Part shown: positions 29,712 to 39,885 of the stretch, in pieces
Layout of the letters: each line of letters opens with the position of its first letter
Position numbering within the stretch: the stretch's first letter is position 1
Sequence record: MW749006.1
Strand: one strand, 5' to 3'
DNA length: 64,000 bases
Program-made: the position numbers and the translations under genes
Notes under the pieces: model-generated
Seen by the model: the letters and a program-made list of their open reading frames with translations, nothing else
What the model was told of the DNA's origin: nothing
Database searches by the model: none

Positions 29712-29945
29712 ATGGAACAGATTGCTATTGCGTTTACTGGAGTTATTGCTATATGGTTGAGTCAAGACACAAGAGATAACTATAGAAAATATGCGTCTAT
29801 CTTCGGGTTAGCGGGACAACCGTTCTGGATCTATTCCTCTTATCAATCTGAGTTGTGGGGTATCTTAGTTCTGTCTGTGTTCTATAGTTATGCTTGGTTT
29901 AAGGGATTTAAGAATAACTGGTTAAAACCAAAGGAAAACATTTGA
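29712..29945 (+). CDS. Small membrane protein (PnuC-like fragment family)
   Basis: 77 aa with about three hydrophobic segments; GLAGQPFWIY...WGILVLSVFYSYAWFKG. Confidence 0.55.
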   Translation: MEQIAIAFTGVIAIWLSQDTRDNYRKYASIFGLAGQPFWIYSSYQSELWGILVLSVFYSYAWFKGFKNNWLKPKENI

Positions 29946-30024
29946 ATGGTATAAGGTTACATATATAATACTTAGTGAACTGTGTAGAATATATCTACCA
30001 GGTTTAAAGTGTAGAGGATAACGA

Positions 30025-30489
30025 ATGAAAGTAGTATTAGGTTTGAGTGACGAACATTACGAGTTAATGGAATATGTCTTACCGGAAAAACGCCACCAGT
30101 TGAACGTAGAGAAATACGGTAATATAGTAACTCTAGTAATTGTAGATGGTAAAAAAGCTATTCAATACGAAGGTCCTAGAGATCATCTAGTTATACTAAC
30201 TGATCTGTTCTTCCTTAGAGATATTAAGTTTGTTAACTTTGAAGTGTTAGAGTACGTAACAGAAACACCAAAACAACTTTGGTGGGAGAAAGAAGTTGGG
30301 TACTTAGTTAGGATGGGAAAGGATTATGTCTTAGATCTAATTCTAACACCGGATCCTAAATGGAGTCCTAGAGAGATTGGTATTCAGTTAAGCTTATACC
30401 CATACAACCTGCAGTTAGCTATAATTTTACTGTGGAATAATAAGTGGGGTGACGCTATTCGAAGCGGTCGCAAGGTGAGAGTTTACTGA
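30025..30489 (+). CDS. Hypothetical early protein
   Basis: AGAGGA RBS, early motif at 29959. Confidence 0.7.
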   Translation: MKVVLGLSDEHYELMEYVLPEKRHQLNVEKYGNIVTLVIVDGKKAIQYEGPRDHLVILTDLFFLRDIKFVNFEVLEYVTETPKQLWWEKEVGYLVRMGKDYVLDLILTPDPKWSPREIGIQLSLYPYNLQLAIILLWNNKWGDAIRSGRKVRVY

Positions 30490-30503
30490 ATAGAGTTGTA
30501 ACC

Positions 30504-30535
30504 AAGGGAGACTCTTAACTGAGTCTTTCTTTTTT
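30504..30535 (+). terminator. Intrinsic terminator
   Basis: AAGGGAGACTC-TTAACT-GAGTCTTTCTT followed by a T-run. Confidence 0.75.
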
Positions 30536-30642
30536 CCACGTATATGTCTTAGTTAGTACCTGAAATTCTTACAGTTACATATATAGTTATTAGAAGCTAT
30601 ACTGAATATATCAGTTAGCGAACTTTTGACCCGGAGGTCATC

Positions 30643-30879
30643 ATGAATAACTTCTCTAAGTTCTGTGCAGGTGTTATTGCTGGTGTTGTAATTGTTGTAA
30701 TGTCTCAACTTAATGCTCAAGATAACTCTCGCCTTGAAAAGGTGCAGAGTGGTGAGTTAACTCTTACCTGTCACCTCCCACAAGGAATAGTCGATATCGA
30801 GAAGGAATTAGTAACAGGTTACGATGGAGAAATGTGGAAGTTCGAAAATGGTTCGGCGAAGTCATGCTGGACGAATTAA
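30643..30879 (+). CDS. Small membrane-anchored hypothetical protein
   Basis: GGAGG RBS, N-terminal hydrophobic helix, C-terminal Cys pair. Confidence 0.7.
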   Translation: MNNFSKFCAGVIAGVVIVVMSQLNAQDNSRLEKVQSGELTLTCHLPQGIVDIEKELVTGYDGEMWKFENGSAKSCWTN

Positions 30880-31115
30880 AATCACTCAAGGTAACTATAG
30901 GAGAAAAGAAACTCTCTCTGGTTACCTTGAGCGATCTAGTTCAAGTGAATGTTAAGATCACTCAACTAGAAGCTAACCGTCTTCTAGGACGTCTATTAGA
31001 CTTAGAAGTTATTGGTGAGAGGTATGTAGCTATTGTTAGAACTACAGATCCACTCATCTGGCAATTCAAACAAGGTCATTACTGTCCTTGTTGTGAAGGG
31101 GGTACAGTACACTAA
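30864..31115 (+). CDS. Hypothetical protein with C-terminal CPCC motif
   Basis: Likely start at the internal Met (MLDELKS); overlaps the previous gene end. Confidence 0.55.
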   Translation: MLDELKSLKVTIGEKKLSLVTLSDLVQVNVKITQLEANRLLGRLLDLEVIGERYVAIVRTTDPLIWQFKQGHYCPCCEGGTVH

Positions 31116-31233
31116 TATAAAGAAACACTACCTATGTTAGCTGGTAGTGTTTCTTTTTTTCTTTTTCTCACATAGAGTAACTGAACTACACTTAGTAACA
31201 TATATACAATCTATAATAACGGAGATTAAAACT

Positions 31234-31707
31234 ATGATCACTGAAGAGATGTTAAAGAACAATGGACTACTTATAAAGTATATTCGTAATCCTTCCTTAA
31301 GACAAAGACGTTTAGCTATAGAACAAAACCCACACGCCATTAAGTATATCAAACAACAATCTAAAGGACTGTGTCAGTTAGCTGTGGAAGGAGATCCATA
31401 CACTATCAGATACTTGAAACACCAGTATGAATACCTAGTGGAATACGCAGTCCTTAAAGATCCTACCGTAGTTCGTTGGGTGAGAAGACACACTAAACAT
31501 CTAACTGACTTAACTCTATCACTAGACAACACACTAGAGATATACATACACGATCAAACTAGGAGTAGATTCATTCGTAACCGTATAGAACAAGAAGGAC
31601 GCATAGTGCCTATAGTCTCTTCCTCTAGATTTTCTACACTTGAAGAAATACAGAAGTCTAAACAACTAGCAAACAAAATCTATTACAACCAACCCAGTAA
31701 CACCTGA
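31234..31707 (+). CDS. DUF4116-like 24-aa repeat protein
   Basis: ATG 31234 after GGAG; repeats such as LAIEQNPHAIKYIKQQSKGLCQLAV. Confidence 0.65.
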   Translation: MITEEMLKNNGLLIKYIRNPSLRQRRLAIEQNPHAIKYIKQQSKGLCQLAVEGDPYTIRYLKHQYEYLVEYAVLKDPTVVRWVRRHTKHLTDLTLSLDNTLEIYIHDQTRSRFIRNRIEQEGRIVPIVSSSRFSTLEEIQKSKQLANKIYYNQPSNT

Positions 31708-31779
31708 ACCCAGTATAAACACATATATAGTAAGTATAAGCTATACTGAATATATCAGTTAGCAAACAGGAGTAACATT

Positions 31780-32235
31780 ATGATTAAGTCTTTAAGATCC
31801 TTACCAGAATACAAACAATTGAGTCGTTCAGTTAAAAGACTTGCACACCTCACTGTTCTTAATGAGGTTAATGACACTGATTATGATTTAAGTATTGTGC
31901 GTCAAGAAATCCATGAACAACAAAGGCTTTTATCTAGATCTATTAGTGAAGGAAGTAAACAATACAAAGAGTGGACAGATCACTCTAAGTTATACGTTTA
32001 CACTGTTATCACTTACCATGACTACGAGGAGGATAACTCTTTCCACTATCACTGTGTAAATGGAGATTACTCTGAAGAATACAGAGAACATAATCATAGG
32101 GTAATTATTACGGATAAAAAGTTACCTGAGTTAGATTACGACTCTAAAAGTCTTAACGCTCTTTGTGGGGAGTGGATGAGTCTTAACTTATACAACTACA
32201 TTAAGTTAACGTTGGAGAATTTCAGTGAAAACTAA
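31780..32235 (+). CDS. Hypothetical early protein
   Basis: AGGAG RBS, early motif at 31721. Confidence 0.7.
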   Translation: MIKSLRSLPEYKQLSRSVKRLAHLTVLNEVNDTDYDLSIVRQEIHEQQRLLSRSISEGSKQYKEWTDHSKLYVYTVITYHDYEEDNSFHYHCVNGDYSEEYREHNHRVIITDKKLPELDYDSKSLNALCGEWMSLNLYNYIKLTLENFSEN

Positions 32236-32416
32236 AAAAGAAATTAAAGTTAGACTCACACAACTACAAGTTGAACTAGAAGAATTAAAGGGAGTTTATG
32301 ATTTAAAAGTAGTAACTCCCAAGTTGAGAGAAATAATTAAAGAAGCACAGATTTGTAAAGAGCAAGCTGATATACACTACTACTTAGAAAACAAAAACAG
32401 TATTCAATTACATTAA
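32225..32416 (+). CDS. Small coiled-coil hypothetical protein
   Basis: GTG start after GGAG, overlaps the upstream gene end. Confidence 0.55.
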   Translation: MKTKKEIKVRLTQLQVELEELKGVYDLKVVTPKLREIIKEAQICKEQADIHYYLENKNSIQLH

Positions 32417-32432
32417 TAGAGAGGGACAATGT

Positions 32433-33059
32433 ATGTCTAACCAATTTGAAGGTATGTCCGATTCAGAAATTATAGAGTTGTATAGTAACAACCCATACAC
32501 TCCTCTCTCATGTAACTTCGATTACTTTGGTGAAAGCTTAGTCATCGAGTTAATGAAAATTAACGGATTGTGGTTAGAGTATGTGTTAGAGCAAACAGAA
32601 GCTATTTGTGAAGCTGCAATAAGACAACATCCCGGGGTACTTAGTTATGTTCGAAAGCAAACAGAGTATCTGTGTAAGTTAGCAGTTACTCTAGAGGGAT
32701 TTAACTTAGAATATATTCGTAGACAAACTCCTGAGATGGTGGCGATAGCTCTAAGTGTGAGACCCTACGCTTTACGTTACGTACACTATCAAACTAAACA
32801 GATGTGTTACGATTTCATTAACATACATCCAGAAGCACTTTGGGTTATTAAAGATCAAACATATGATCTGTGTTACAACGCTATCCTTAGAAACCCACAC
32901 GCTTTAGAACATGTTAACACACAAGTGGAGGTGTTATGTATTGTCGCTGTTAACATAGACGGATTAGCATTACAACATGTTAGGTATCAAACACAAGAGA
33001 TCATAGACACTGCTCTGAGACAAAACCCAGAAGCAGCTAAATTTATTAATACGTATTAA
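32433..33059 (+). CDS. DUF4116-like 24-aa repeat protein
   Basis: Tandem QTEAICEAAIRQHPGVLSYVRK-type repeats. Confidence 0.7.
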   Translation: MSNQFEGMSDSEIIELYSNNPYTPLSCNFDYFGESLVIELMKINGLWLEYVLEQTEAICEAAIRQHPGVLSYVRKQTEYLCKLAVTLEGFNLEYIRRQTPEMVAIALSVRPYALRYVHYQTKQMCYDFINIHPEALWVIKDQTYDLCYNAILRNPHALEHVNTQVEVLCIVAVNIDGLALQHVRYQTQEIIDTALRQNPEAAKFINTY

Positions 33060-33079
33060 CCTTAATAGGAAGACAATAC

Positions 33080-33721
33080 ATGTCTGATTTAAAAGATCTA
33101 AGCTTGGTAGAGCAAAACGGTTTGTTAGTACAATACTTAACTAATCCATCCTTGCGTGTTCTACGCGCTTCTGTAAAACAGAACCCGGAAGCTATTCGTT
33201 ACATCAAACGTCAGACTCACGGACTGTGTTTGATGGCGGTTAAACAAGACGGAGATGTACTTCGTTACATTCGTGTTCAAACAGAAGACGTTTGTAAACA
33301 AGCTATCCTCAATAAACCAAGTGCGTTGTTACATGTAAAACACAAGACAGAGTACTTGTGTAGTTTAGCGGTTAAGTTAAGTTCTTTAGACTTAGGTATT
33401 GTAAAAGAAGAAATCGAAGAAGGTGATCTTCTACCAAAGTCTTTTCATTCCACACCAGTGAAGTTAGCTATACGAACTGTGAGTAAAGACGGACTTCTAC
33501 TCAAACACATTAAACCCCAGACTAAAGAAATATGTCTAGCAGCTGTGCGTAACAACGGACTAGCTCTTCAGTATGTAGAGAACCAAACAGAAGAGATTGT
33601 CTTAGCTGCTGTCTTAGAGAACACGTTAGCTATGGAGTTCATTAAAGATCCAAAACACCGTGACATGATAGTAGTTCATTATGTTACTAAAGACGGTAAA
33701 CCTAATAACACATCTCACTAA
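33080..33721 (+). CDS. DUF4116-like 24-aa repeat protein
   Basis: QTKEICLAAVRNNGLALQYVEN-type repeats. Confidence 0.7.
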   Translation: MSDLKDLSLVEQNGLLVQYLTNPSLRVLRASVKQNPEAIRYIKRQTHGLCLMAVKQDGDVLRYIRVQTEDVCKQAILNKPSALLHVKHKTEYLCSLAVKLSSLDLGIVKEEIEEGDLLPKSFHSTPVKLAIRTVSKDGLLLKHIKPQTKEICLAAVRNNGLALQYVENQTEEIVLAAVLENTLAMEFIKDPKHRDMIVVHYVTKDGKPNNTSH

Positions 33722-33737
33722 TTAAAGGTAAAATAAA

Positions 33738-34730
33738 ATGTCTAAAGAACACAAAAAGTTAATTGATGAGTGGTATGCGTCAATGGAAAAAGATATAGCT
33801 GAACTACTTAAAACCAAAACCCCTGTAGAAGTAGTTAGAATGGCTCCTATTAACTTAATGTTTATTAAAGACCAAACTGAAGAGTTATGTGAAGAAGCTA
33901 TCAAAGCTAACCCTTGGTCCTTTGTATATGTTAAGAATAAAACTCCTGAGTTATCTAAACTCGCAGTGAGTCTTAACGGATATACTATTCGTGATGTAGA
34001 GGATCAAACAGAAGAGCTATGTAACTTAGCTATCGAGAATCAACCTGGAGCTATCCAAGGTATCCGTGATCAAACTGAAGAGTTGTGCTTGAAAGCAGTA
34101 ACAGCTTCAGGTAGAGCTTTACAGTCAGTAGTTAATCCTTCTGAAGCGGTTTGCTTAGCTGCGGTTAAACAACACGGATATGCGTTACAGTGGATACCCA
34201 ATGCTTCTAAAGAAGTATGTCTTGCTGCTGTTACACAAAACCCAGATGCTTTAGAGTGTGTTAATGATGACTACTACGAAGAATGTGAACACGCGGCACA
34301 TTTAGCTACATTAGCTCTCTCTGAAGAAAGTGCTAAAGAAAAAGCTTTAGAAGACACTACTCGCGGAACTAAAGAAGATCTTGATTCTGATCTTTTCAAT
34401 GAACTTTCAACCGAGGGATACTTTCCTCTAACTGAGACTCCTCTGGCTATAAAAAATCCGACTATTAAGACGTTATTGATCGAGTTGGATAAAACAGTGG
34501 ACCCTTGGGATGTGGTTAACCCAGATGCAGGAGTCAATGTACTTTTTGATAAATGGATGAAAGACTTAAATGTGTTTGTTGACGATGTCACTCGTAAGAG
34601 AGAATTGGCTACTAAGATAATGGAAGAATACGAATTACATCAAGAAGGTAAAGATAACGCAGAAACATTAAGTTTATTAATAAACGAAGCAATTGAGTTG
34701 GGTATGTTATATCCATCTTCTGTAGAATAA
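33738..34730 (+). CDS. DUF4116-like repeat protein with acidic C-terminal domain
   Basis: QTEELCEEAIKANPWSFVYVKN-type repeats in the N-terminal half. Confidence 0.7.
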   Translation: MSKEHKKLIDEWYASMEKDIAELLKTKTPVEVVRMAPINLMFIKDQTEELCEEAIKANPWSFVYVKNKTPELSKLAVSLNGYTIRDVEDQTEELCNLAIENQPGAIQGIRDQTEELCLKAVTASGRALQSVVNPSEAVCLAAVKQHGYALQWIPNASKEVCLAAVTQNPDALECVNDDYYEECEHAAHLATLALSEESAKEKALEDTTRGTKEDLDSDLFNELSTEGYFPLTETPLAIKNPTIKTLLIELDKTVDPWDVVNPDAGVNVLFDKWMKDLNVFVDDVTRKRELATKIMEEYELHQEGKDNAETLSLLINEAIELGMLYPSSVE

Positions 34731-34834
34731 CATATAACCCCAAATATAGTAGGTAGATTAGAACACATAGTCTACATAGTCTACCTGCTATCTACTGAGC
34801 TGCAGCTCAAACTTTCCCTAGGAGAAACAAAAAC

Positions 34835-35752
34835 ATGATTAACGTATATGCGTGTGGTGGTGCTGGTGGTAACATTGGTAAACAGATTAAGAACTTAGAC
34901 ATGGATGTGTTCTTCATTGATACATCTAACTCTAACCTTAAAGACATCAAGACAGATAACGTCTACTTGGTAGAAGGTATGGACGGTGCTGGTAAACGTC
35001 GTGCTACCACATACGAAGGATTTAAAGGTTTAGCTGAAGAAGTATTGATTCGTTTCAAACCTTCTACGGATCTTAACATCGTTGTTAGTTCCCTCAGCGG
35101 TGGTAGTGGAAGTATCTTGAGTCCACTATTGGTTAAAGAGTTGATTGCTAATGGTAGTAACACTATTGTTATCGGTGTAGACTCTCGTAGTAGTGTTATT
35201 GAGATTGATAACACTATCAGCACTCTGAAGACTTTCAAATCCATCAGTGACGCTGTTGATAAATGTATTTCTCTCTTCTACGTAGAGAACTCTTCTCGTA
35301 AAGAAGCTGACAAACAAGCTATCAACCTTCTTGAGTTACTAGCGCTATTAGTAAACAAAGAACTAACTGAAGAGTTTGATACCTCAGACGTTCATAACTT
35401 CATCAATTACGATAAGGTTACTGACAACGAACCAGGTGTTGCTATCTTAGAAGTTAACGCTAATGAAACAATCCTACCCGAGAAGGGCACTACGATCGTT
35501 TCTACGGTGTTATTGACTAAGGACACTGGTGCTAATATCAACCCGGCTATTCCAGAGTACCTAGCGACTTGTATCGTGACTGATCCTAACTATAGTCTAG
35601 CAGATATCCGTATGGATAACGTGTTAGGTAAGTTAGTACACTTAGTCAAAGATCTTGAAGAGCAATCTAAAGAACTTAAAGACAATAAGCGTATCAATAA
35701 ACATCAGAGTCTTGATGTAGACAACGCTAACAGTGATGGTATTGTGCTCTAA
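34835..35752 (+). CDS. phuZ: Phage tubulin PhuZ
   Basis: INVYACGGAGGNIG, FIDTSNSN, GAGKRR, tubulin signature SLSGGSGS, acidic C-terminal tail ending DGIVL. Confidence 0.93.
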   Translation: MINVYACGGAGGNIGKQIKNLDMDVFFIDTSNSNLKDIKTDNVYLVEGMDGAGKRRATTYEGFKGLAEEVLIRFKPSTDLNIVVSSLSGGSGSILSPLLVKELIANGSNTIVIGVDSRSSVIEIDNTISTLKTFKSISDAVDKCISLFYVENSSRKEADKQAINLLELLALLVNKELTEEFDTSDVHNFINYDKVTDNEPGVAILEVNANETILPEKGTTIVSTVLLTKDTGANINPAIPEYLATCIVTDPNYSLADIRMDNVLGKLVHLVKDLEEQSKELKDNKRINKHQSLDVDNANSDGIVL

Positions 35753-35767
35753 GTAAACAACCACAAT

Positions 35768-35802
35768 AGAATAAGAGGACTTCGGTTCTCTTATTCTTTT
35801 TT
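35768..35802 (+). terminator. Intrinsic terminator
   Basis: AGAATAAGAGGAC-TTCG-GTTCTCTTATTCT followed by TTTTT. Confidence 0.85.
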
Positions 35803-35817
35803 ACCGAGAGATTAAAT

Positions 35818-36174
35818 ATGTATAATAGAGTAGAAGATAAATTACGTAAAGATAAGAAACTGTTTGTTTATAGTTATTTAGAAGAATACGACGAAGAAAA
35901 CGAAGAATATACTTTAACTACATGTCCTGTAGATGCTGTTGATTTAAAGGATACTACTATCTTCTTTTCGGATGTAGAGTTAGATATTGACGAAACTAAT
36001 TCCAGACAACTAAAGATAACTAATATACTAGATGGTAGTTTAGTAGACTTTGAAAATATGTTAGACATGGCTAAACGATGGCGTCTACTACCAGAGTGGT
36101 GTTATGACGCTATCAAAGGTAAGTTTCAATTACCAGATGAAGGTATACTAGAGTTTAACAAAGTAGAAGACTAA
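35818..36174 (+). CDS. Acidic hypothetical protein
   Basis: 118 aa ORF. Confidence 0.65.
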   Translation: MYNRVEDKLRKDKKLFVYSYLEEYDEENEEYTLTTCPVDAVDLKDTTIFFSDVELDIDETNSRQLKITNILDGSLVDFENMLDMAKRWRLLPEWCYDAIKGKFQLPDEGILEFNKVED

Positions 36175-36183
36175 ACAACAATC

Positions 36184-36217
36184 AGAGACCACACAGCATC
36201 CTAGCTGTGTGGTCTCT
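36184..36217. terminator. Bidirectional terminator
   Basis: Perfect 14-bp stem AGAGACCACACAGC/GCTGTGTGGTCTCT between convergent genes. Confidence 0.75.
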
Positions 36218-36222
36218 ATTTG

Positions 36223-37320
36223 TTACATCTCTCTTATACGTTGTATTTTTTCTTCTATGTCTTTACCGATATCAAAGGAAAACATCTTACGTATTTCATT
36301 ACTATTAATCATACGTTCAACTAAACGTTTCCAGTCATTGATGTAGTGTTGATTCATTCCCTTATCATAAGCAACATCATACAGGAAGATCATGTAATCT
36401 AACTTAGCAACAAACACCGACCATCTAACTTGTCTAGTGGGATTAATGTCACTCATAGATAACAACTCACTCATATCTTCATTAAACACTAACTTAATGT
36501 TACGCATGATATTAATGAAGTCCATCTTCCTACCAGTGATTACTTTCAAGGTATCATCTAAGTACCTATCCAACTGCATAGTAGGTTCGAACAACTTGAA
36601 CTTATGTTTATACTTAGGAGTAACAACATCTCTACCGTAGAACCTATCCATTAACTTATTGAGTAGAGTATGATCAACCACGTCTTTCATCATGAAAGGT
36701 AAGATATGTCTACTGATGAATTGAGTCTTGATTAAAGCAGCGTCTTCACCTTCCTCTAGGAAACGTATTTGTTCCTTAATAAACTCACGATACTTCAAAG
36801 CTAACATAGGTATATTAATAGAGACTATATCTAACCCACTTCTATTACCATCATCTCTACCCAAAGGTAACAACATTCTATCGTCATTACGATTGTGTTT
36901 AAGTACAGAGATAACAGATGAAGTCTTCCAACCTTTAACCGCTTCATTCATATCGAAGTGATCGTAGTTAGACATGATGATACTCTCACCGTCATTACCA
37001 AAGAAGTAACTAGGGTGAACAATACCTTTCTCCATCTCACTAGTAAACTTAAAGTGCTTAGCTATATACATAGTACGTTCAGATGCAAAGTCTAAGTATC
37101 TATGAGGATCATAGCTCAAGTGTGTTGGGAAGTGTTCCATGATACGTGAGAGGATATGAGTATTCTTTACAGCGAACTTTCTAGATAGGTAATACTCTTC
37201 TATCTTCCTAACGTTGAATTCATATAGCTTCCTTAAGTAGGGAATATCCCTTTGAATGATAATACCGGTCTTGGGAGTACGACTTATGTAGTCAGACTCG
37301 AATACTTCTAGATACTGCAT
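36223..37320 (-). CDS. Conserved phiKZ-like protein (probable virion component)
   Basis: 365 aa ORF with GGGA RBS; YYLSRKFAVKNTHILSRI...INIPMLALKYREF pattern. Confidence 0.5.
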   Translation of the reverse strand: MQYLEVFESDYISRTPKTGIIIQRDIPYLRKLYEFNVRKIEEYYLSRKFAVKNTHILSRIMEHFPTHLSYDPHRYLDFASERTMYIAKHFKFTSEMEKGIVHPSYFFGNDGESIIMSNYDHFDMNEAVKGWKTSSVISVLKHNRNDDRMLLPLGRDDGNRSGLDIVSINIPMLALKYREFIKEQIRFLEEGEDAALIKTQFISRHILPFMMKDVVDHTLLNKLMDRFYGRDVVTPKYKHKFKLFEPTMQLDRYLDDTLKVITGRKMDFINIMRNIKLVFNEDMSELLSMSDINPTRQVRWSVFVAKLDYMIFLYDVAYDKGMNQHYINDWKRLVERMINSNEIRKMFSFDIGKDIEEKIQRIREM

Positions 37321-37669
37321 AATGGTAAGTCCCTACATAGCTACCTGACTGTTCACAAAATACAACAAGTACTAATAATAAATTACTATATGAATACATA
37401 CATATGGAGGATTAACTAAGTACATGCATCGGGAACCTTTATAAACCTATATATAGTACTTAGATAAGCATACAGTATTAACTGTGTTAGCTATATCTAC
37501 CCTCACTCTAACCGGTTATAGTGAGTAGTGTTATGTTGAGTAAAAAATAACTCACACATACATACAGTGGAAAGATATCATCGACGTAAAGTCGGTGTGT
37601 TGGACCAAGGAAGAATTAATCTTAAAAACTAACGTTAGTAGTAAACTATATAAACCAGGAGTTACAAAA

Positions 37670-39493
37670 ATGGCCGTTAATGTAAAGAACAACCAAAACC
37701 AAAACAACCCTAACCAGGGTCAAGCTCAACAACAGTACCAACAGCGTAACGCTGGCTTCACTCCTAACTTTGGTATCAACTCTCGTTTGAGTGTATTCGG
37801 TAATGGTGGTGAAGTATTTGAAGCTCTCTATGAGAAGCTAAACGCACAAGTTAAGTACTTTAATGAAGAAGCAAAAACTGCTGAAAAGTATGCGGTTATC
37901 AAACTCTTGAAGCAGAATGCTGGTTTGAACTACAGCGGTATCGTTCTTTGTGAGACTCTGAATGATACTACTTCAGCTCACATCTTGATGGTAGAGCGCA
38001 CTGGTGACTATCCAGAGAAAGTGATTGAGAACATCAACGGTACACGTTACGAGATCCTTCGTACACCTGCTGATGCTTTAGATCATAAATACGCAGCACA
38101 AGCTCAGTTAGCTGTAGCTGCTGCACTGAAGATTCCTGCTGACTCAGTAGTAGTTACTGACGGTGTTCTAGTTCCTAACGAGTTTGATGTTAGTAACGAA
38201 GTAGCAACTATGGATCTACTGAACAACGCATTCAAGGCCATCCACTCAGAAAACCAGATCCGAGTGAATGACTATAAAGGTATCTCTATTCCTGAGATGA
38301 TGCGTGATAACCCGAACGGTAAGTTCTTAGTTAACATGTACTTTAACTCTGAAGAAGTTGATGTACTTGATCAGATCGGTTTACCAATCCGTCAAGACGT
38401 TTGTATCTCACTGAAGTACAAAGCTAACACTGGTAACGACAATCGTTCAGTTAACCAATCTAACGACATGTTTGATGTTGTTAAGACTTACGGTTATGTA
38501 GACTTTGAATACCAAGGTAACCAACAACAACAAGGTGGATACCCTTCAACTCAGAAGTTCGTACCAAACTTTGTAATCACTCACATCGAGTCTGAAGTTG
38601 CAGCTACTGCTGACATCTTGATGTTAGGTGTTGCGTCTGTCATGGCGTTGAACGAAGACTTACAGTGGATGCAAGCGTTCCGTAGCACAGCTCCACGTAA
38701 AGGTGAGAGTGACTACAACGACATCGGTGGTCTTAACGTTGAAGGTAACTTAGAGAATACTCCTACTGGTTACGGTAAGAAGTATGACACTAAGAGCAAG
38801 ACTTTCTCAATGATCGAAATGAACAAGTTCATGCAGACATTGGTTCGTCCTAACCTAGTTGTGTCTATCGACGTACCTAAAGCTGGTGGTGAAACTTGGT
38901 ACACTAGTATCTTCAACTACGTTAAGAACGGTGACGTTGGTGCATTTGAGCGTCTGCTCTTAGGTATTAACACACTGACTAACGGTGGTATGACTAACTA
39001 CGCAGCTCAACCTTTCATGGGTATTAGTAACCGCATTCATGGTGGTTTCTATAAGACCAAAGACGGTATGAAAGATCTGCGTCACTTAGGTAGCTACTTG
39101 AGCGTAAGTAACTATATCGCTGATACTGCACAAGACCCAGCACTCATCAGTCAGTACACTAACACTCTGTACAACAGCTCACTTCCAACTGAGTTACGTG
39201 CAGCAGAACGTAAGAAGTACATCGACGAAATGAGTAACAACACCGCAGTGTACAAACAGTACTACGACCGTTTGACCTTCACTGGTCACTTCTTGTCAGC
39301 ACTGTCTACTGCACTTGGTAATGCTGGCTTCTCACCAGTGTTCAGTAACATGGGTATTGCTAACGATATGTTCGCACGTCGTAGCACTGTTGACTTCAGT
39401 TCAGCTATGCTTGATCCGAACGCTCGTTTCATGGGTCAGAACACCACTTACGGTGGTTTCTACTCACCACGTAACTACACCCGTGGTTACTAA
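37670..39493 (+). CDS. chmA: Chimallin, major phage-nucleus shell protein (phiKZ gp54-like)
   Basis: ATG 37670 after AGGAG; about 607 aa, Q/N-rich N-terminus, TQKFVPNFVITHIE and NDIGGLNVEGN motifs, highly expressed codon usage; lies between phuZ and gp55-like nvRNAP as in Chimalliviridae. Confidence 0.82.
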   Translation: MAVNVKNNQNQNNPNQGQAQQQYQQRNAGFTPNFGINSRLSVFGNGGEVFEALYEKLNAQVKYFNEEAKTAEKYAVIKLLKQNAGLNYSGIVLCETLNDTTSAHILMVERTGDYPEKVIENINGTRYEILRTPADALDHKYAAQAQLAVAAALKIPADSVVVTDGVLVPNEFDVSNEVATMDLLNNAFKAIHSENQIRVNDYKGISIPEMMRDNPNGKFLVNMYFNSEEVDVLDQIGLPIRQDVCISLKYKANTGNDNRSVNQSNDMFDVVKTYGYVDFEYQGNQQQQGGYPSTQKFVPNFVITHIESEVAATADILMLGVASVMALNEDLQWMQAFRSTAPRKGESDYNDIGGLNVEGNLENTPTGYGKKYDTKSKTFSMIEMNKFMQTLVRPNLVVSIDVPKAGGETWYTSIFNYVKNGDVGAFERLLLGINTLTNGGMTNYAAQPFMGISNRIHGGFYKTKDGMKDLRHLGSYLSVSNYIADTAQDPALISQYTNTLYNSSLPTELRAAERKKYIDEMSNNTAVYKQYYDRLTFTGHFLSALSTALGNAGFSPVFSNMGIANDMFARRSTVDFSSAMLDPNARFMGQNTTYGGFYSPRNYTRGY

Positions 39494-39518
39494 GTAACAA
39501 GAACTACCTGTAACACTA

Positions 39519-39558
39519 GTTACCTCTGGGGATCATTCCTCAGAGGTAGCTTTTTTTT
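39519..39558 (+). terminator. Intrinsic terminator of chmA
   Basis: GTTACCTCTGGGGA-TCAT-TCCTCAGAGGTAGC followed by T8. Confidence 0.85.
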
Positions 39559-39587
39559 GTTAACTTTAGCCACAGAGGTAAAGTACT

Positions 39588-39881
39588 ATGATAGACACCC
39601 GAGCTATTATATTAGCACCTAGTTTAGATATTTATAATTCCATTAAAGAAATGGTTTCTCAGGTGTATTCTGAGGTTATGTCGTTTGAACACCCTATCAA
39701 CACGTTCGGAGTTACACGTCAAGAATTATTACAACATGTAACTGAAAATTACGGTGTAGCGAATTCTTCGTTTACAAGTGCAGCAATAATAATAGCGTAC
39801 AGTGAAACAATCTATTCTTTAATGATAAGTAGAGTGGTTGCAACAGGTGTTATGTACAACTCACCACTAACACCCAGGTAA
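39588..39881 (+). CDS. Hypothetical protein
   Basis: 97 aa, GAGGT RBS. Confidence 0.6.
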   Translation: MIDTRAIILAPSLDIYNSIKEMVSQVYSEVMSFEHPINTFGVTRQELLQHVTENYGVANSSFTSAAIIIAYSETIYSLMISRVVATGVMYNSPLTPR

Positions 39882-39885
39882 AGTC

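Noticed and set aside
29712-29945. NAD-salvage module around the PnuC-like ORF
   Set aside because: No NadR/NadV-like neighbour in the window, and the protein is too short to support a transporter call.
37595-37669. Extended N-termini given by the ORF track (also 1307, 18528, 31147, 39929, 44349)
   Set aside because: Downstream ATGs have well-spaced GGAG-type RBSs; the upstream starts do not.
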